This document shows positions 7,646 to 10,429 of a DNA stretch of 10,429 nt, piece after piece (the stretch's first letter is position 1; each line of letters starts with the position of its first letter). The notes under the pieces are model-generated. The model was not told the DNA's origin. It saw only the letters and a program-made list of their open reading frames with translations, and did not search any database. Made by a program: the position numbers and the translations under genes. The DNA lies in contig JAYGFR010000246.1 of assembly GCA_046581755.1 (NCBI GenBank), positions 1-10,429 of the forward strand, given 5' to 3'. The DNA is from Nitrospinota bacterium (GTDB taxonomy: Bacteria > UBA8248).

Positions 7646-8815
7646 TTATTCCAATAGCTCCGTGTAGATCGCTTTCATGTCCGCCTCATCGGCGTGGACC
7701 GGATTGGTTTGGACCGTGGCGCTCTTGGCGGCGTCCGCGGCCATGCGGTCCAAATATTCCTCTTTTACTCCGATGGCCCCCAGCGAGGGGGGGATGCCAA
7801 TGTCCCGGGCGATTGCGCGAACGCCTTCGATGGCGGCCTCGGCGGTCCCGGGATCGCCCGGGCCGGGCCCGCTCTTTCCTGAGGGATCGGCGAGATGCGG
7901 AGCCATCTGCGCATACTTCTCCCGCATGGCGGGGAGGTTAAAGCGCATGACGGACGCGAGGAGGATGCCGTTGGTGGTTCCGTGGTGCCCGCCAAAAAAA
8001 CTGTATACGGGGTGGGTGAGGCCGTGGACGATCCCCAGCCCGGTGTTGGTGAAGGATGCGCCCGCCAGGGCCGCCGCCAGAGCGAGCGGGTCGGCGGAAT
8101 CGGGGTTGGCCGGGTCGTCCACAAACCGACGGGCGTGCCGCCCGATCAGGGCGACGGCCTGCATGCACATGGCCTCGGTCCAAGGGGTCGATCGTTTGGA
8201 GGCGATGGATTCGATGGCGTGGGTCAGGGCGTCCATCAGGGCCCCCGCCGCGAAGTAGCGCGGCAGCGTGGCGAGGAGGGAGGAATCCACCACGGCCAGG
8301 TCGGCATAGAGGGCGTCACTGTGGATGCTGGCTTTGGTTCCCCGCTCGATATCGGTGATGATGGAGGCGCGCGTCAGCTCGCTTCCAGTGCCCGCCGTGG
8401 TGGGGACGGTGATAAAGGCGGGGACGCGCTTGGCCACCTTGTCGGCCCCGTAAAAGTCGCTGATCTTTCCTCCGTTCGCCAGGAGGGCGCCCATGGCTTT
8501 CGCCGTGTCGATGGAGCTGCCGCCTCCGACGGCCACCATGCCCAGGCAGCCGTTGGTTTCGTAAAATTCCTTGGCGCGCAGGATGCTCTCGTCCGAGGGG
8601 TTCGGTTCGGCCTGCTCGAAAAGGCGGAAGTCCATCCCGGCTTTCTGGAAGCCTTCCATGATCGGCGCGAGGACTCCGGCGGCGATGAGGCCCGGATCGG
8701 TGAGCAGCATGGGGCGGGCCATCCCGAGCGCGCCCGCCTCCTCGCCGACGAAGGCGGCCTCTCCCCGCCCGAAGCGGACGCGGGGGCCCGAGGCGATTTG
8801 AAATGGCTGAATCAT
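7646..8815 (-). CDS. Iron-containing (group III) alcohol dehydrogenase
   Basis: AGGAGG RBS before ATG 8815 (MIQPF). Motifs GGGSSIDTAK and PTTAGTGSE, with metal ligands in DALTHAIE, GIVHGLTH and HHG. Confidence 0.93.
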   Translation of the reverse strand: MIQPFQIASGPRVRFGRGEAAFVGEEAGALGMARPMLLTDPGLIAAGVLAPIMEGFQKAGMDFRLFEQAEPNPSDESILRAKEFYETNGCLGMVAVGGGSSIDTAKAMGALLANGGKISDFYGADKVAKRVPAFITVPTTAGTGSELTRASIITDIERGTKASIHSDALYADLAVVDSSLLATLPRYFAAGALMDALTHAIESIASKRSTPWTEAMCMQAVALIGRHARRFVDDPANPDSADPLALAAALAGASFTNTGLGIVHGLTHPVYSFFGGHHGTTNGILLASVMRFNLPAMREKYAQMAPHLADPSGKSGPGPGDPGTAEAAIEGVRAIARDIGIPPSLGAIGVKEEYLDRMAADAAKSATVQTNPVHADEADMKAIYTELLE

Positions 8816-9210
8816 GGCAATCCTCCTGGTTCGGTGGCCGCCCACTGTGGCGTAATGAAGCCGAAATCATATGCTTTCGCGCGTGGCATGGGGGGTGTCG
8901 AAAAAACTATAACCGCGAGGCGGCATAATGAAAAGTCATCCTGATTTCGAAGAAGCCGTTAGACGGCCCGGTTTGAATACTTCGAATCCGGGGTGAGGCG
9001 GTCCCCCAACCCGGGATGGATCCATAGGGCGGCGGGAGTTTTTGTGCTATTTTGATTTTATCCGAGGGCATGAATATATTTTCGTGGCTGGCCGGTTAGC
9101 CTGATATGGGCTCGCGATCCGGCGGCGGACGGCAATTTTTTTTTATCGGATGAGGCCTGAGGGCATCGGAATGGCCTCCCCCGCGGCAATGCTGCTCCAA
9201 GAGGTCCGGA

Positions 9211-10149
9211 ATGGGTAGAGAGAAAAAGGTTCTCGACTGGTCGGATTTTCCCGAAGGATTCACGCCCTTTTTCCTCGACCCGACGGGGGCGCATCTGGAG
9301 ACAAAGGAACTCGCCCCGGGGGTCTATGCCCTTCTCTCCTCGATCCCGAACGTGGATAACGCCGGGTTCGTGGTGGGCGACAGAGGCGTCCTGGTGATCG
9401 ACGCGCATATTAACGTTGCGATGGCCCGTCAAATTCAGGAGCGGGTCCGCGAGGTGACGGACAAGCCGATTCTTTATCTCGTCAATTCGAACTACCACGG
9501 CGATCACACTTTCGGGAACTGTGCGTTTCCCGAAGAGACGCTTGTGATTCAGCACCGGCGGACGGCTGAGCTCGTTCCCTTCCTGGACGAGGAAATGGAG
9601 TTCATGCTTCCCTGCGTGGGAGGCGCCAGGGCGGTTTTCGAGGGGGTCACCCTGCGCTCGCCGGATGCCGTGTTCGACGGCTGTCTGCGCCTCGATCTGG
9701 GCGGCCGCGAAGTGGAGCTTCACTATTTCGGGCCGGCGAACACGCCCGGCGACACGATCACCTACGTTCCCGGGGCGAAGGTGGCCTGGACGGGAAACAT
9801 GACGGGCGGAAACCTCATCGTCGCGCTGGAATGCGACGCGCCCACCTATCTGGACGCCATCGCCCGGTTTCGGCGGACGCTGGATGTGGAAACGCTCGTG
9901 CCCGCCCACAATCCGGTGTCCACGGATGCGGTCCTCGATGGCTACCTGCTCTATCTCAGCCAGGTGACGGCCGCGGTGCGCCACGGGGCCGGGGCCGGAT
10001 GGTCTCTCGAGGAGGCGATGGAGAAAATCCCCTTGGATATGGGGCAGCCCTACTCCCCGCCGGGAGATCATCCACGAATCGATTTCTTCCGGGACCTTCA
10101 CGCTTACAACGTGCAGAAGACATACCTGTCGATTGCGGGGAACGAATGA
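9211..10149 (+). CDS. MBL-fold metallo-hydrolase with non-canonical Asn-substituted metal motifs, 312 aa
   Basis: NAGFVVGDRGVLVIDA, VNSNYHGDHTFGN, FGPANTPGD, WTGNM and LVPAH motifs, with a GAGGT RBS before ATG 9211. Confidence 0.9.
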   Translation: MGREKKVLDWSDFPEGFTPFFLDPTGAHLETKELAPGVYALLSSIPNVDNAGFVVGDRGVLVIDAHINVAMARQIQERVREVTDKPILYLVNSNYHGDHTFGNCAFPEETLVIQHRRTAELVPFLDEEMEFMLPCVGGARAVFEGVTLRSPDAVFDGCLRLDLGGREVELHYFGPANTPGDTITYVPGAKVAWTGNMTGGNLIVALECDAPTYLDAIARFRRTLDVETLVPAHNPVSTDAVLDGYLLYLSQVTAAVRHGAGAGWSLEEAMEKIPLDMGQPYSPPGDHPRIDFFRDLHAYNVQKTYLSIAGNE

Positions 10150-10221
10150 ATTTTTTAAAAAATTAGGCGCGATGCGGCATTGAAAATTGCGGCAGAAAAA
10201 ATTGACCGAGATGAGGCTGGC

Positions 10222-10429
10222 ATGTTTCGTTTTTCTCCAAATCCGAACAGGGCGCACCTCATCAAGTGGCTCGAGTGGGGCTCCGGGGCCTTTCAAAAAG
10301 CCCGGAAGCGGGACAAGCCCATGATGCTTTATCTGGGCGCGTTCTGGTGCGCGTTTTGCCAGCGCATGGACGAGACTTCGCTTTCGGACGATGAGAATAT
10401 CGCGCTGCTGAACGCATACTTCATTCCGA
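10222..10429 (+). CDS. DUF255/YyaL-like thioredoxin-domain protein, N-terminal part only (runs off the window)
   Basis: Absent from the ORF track because it has no stop. My translation is MFRFSPNPNRAHLIKWLEWGSGAFQKARKRDKPMMLYLGAFWCAFCQRMDETSLSDDENIALLNAYFIP, matching the W-x-x-W...AF...DKP...WCxxC-x-x-M pattern. GAGG RBS upstream. Confidence 0.85.
   Translation, partial: MFRFSPNPNRAHLIKWLEWGSGAFQKARKRDKPMMLYLGAFWCAFCQRMDETSLSDDENIALLNAYFIP

Noticed and set aside
7646..8815. Calling the Fe-ADH a maleylacetate reductase to pair with the dienelactone hydrolase
   Set aside because: It has PTTAGTGSE, typical of general group III ADHs, rather than the PTTYAGSE I associate with maleylacetate reductases.
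6519..8944. Long plus-strand ORFs 6519-7337, 7677-8258 and 7895-8944
   Set aside because: They are antisense to the well-supported FAH and Fe-ADH genes and have no family motifs.
9058..10296. 412-aa antisense ORF
   Set aside because: It mirrors the MBL gene and overlaps the DUF255 start, consistent with a shadow ORF.

Overview
GC-rich bacterial accessory-metabolism region with no rRNA, tRNA, CRISPR array or mobile element that I can recognise. Left to right it contains: a 5'-truncated aldo/keto reductase (AKR) with an in-frame premature TGA; a CMD/AhpD-family protein; a second AKR that appears to have lost its stop codon; a dienelactone hydrolase; a convergent terminator; a broken small exported protein; an internally deleted and frameshifted MDR oxidoreductase remnant; a TauE/SafE exporter; a signal-peptide TPR protein of seven 120-nt repeats with three lesions; a FAH-family hydrolase; an iron-type alcohol dehydrogenase; a divergently transcribed metallo-beta-lactamase (MBL)-fold enzyme; and the start of a DUF255/YyaL-like thioredoxin-domain gene. 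Three observations stand out. (1) The MBL-fold enzyme has Asn at three canonical metal-ligand positions, which suggests a mononuclear site like that of chlorothalonil dehalogenase. (2) Five of twelve genes carry lesions of several types, suggesting ongoing pseudogenisation. (3) The TPR array is a mosaic of shuffled sub-repeats with an expanded poly-T tract. I cannot support a wholly new biological system from the sequence alone. All family calls come from motif recognition, not database searches.
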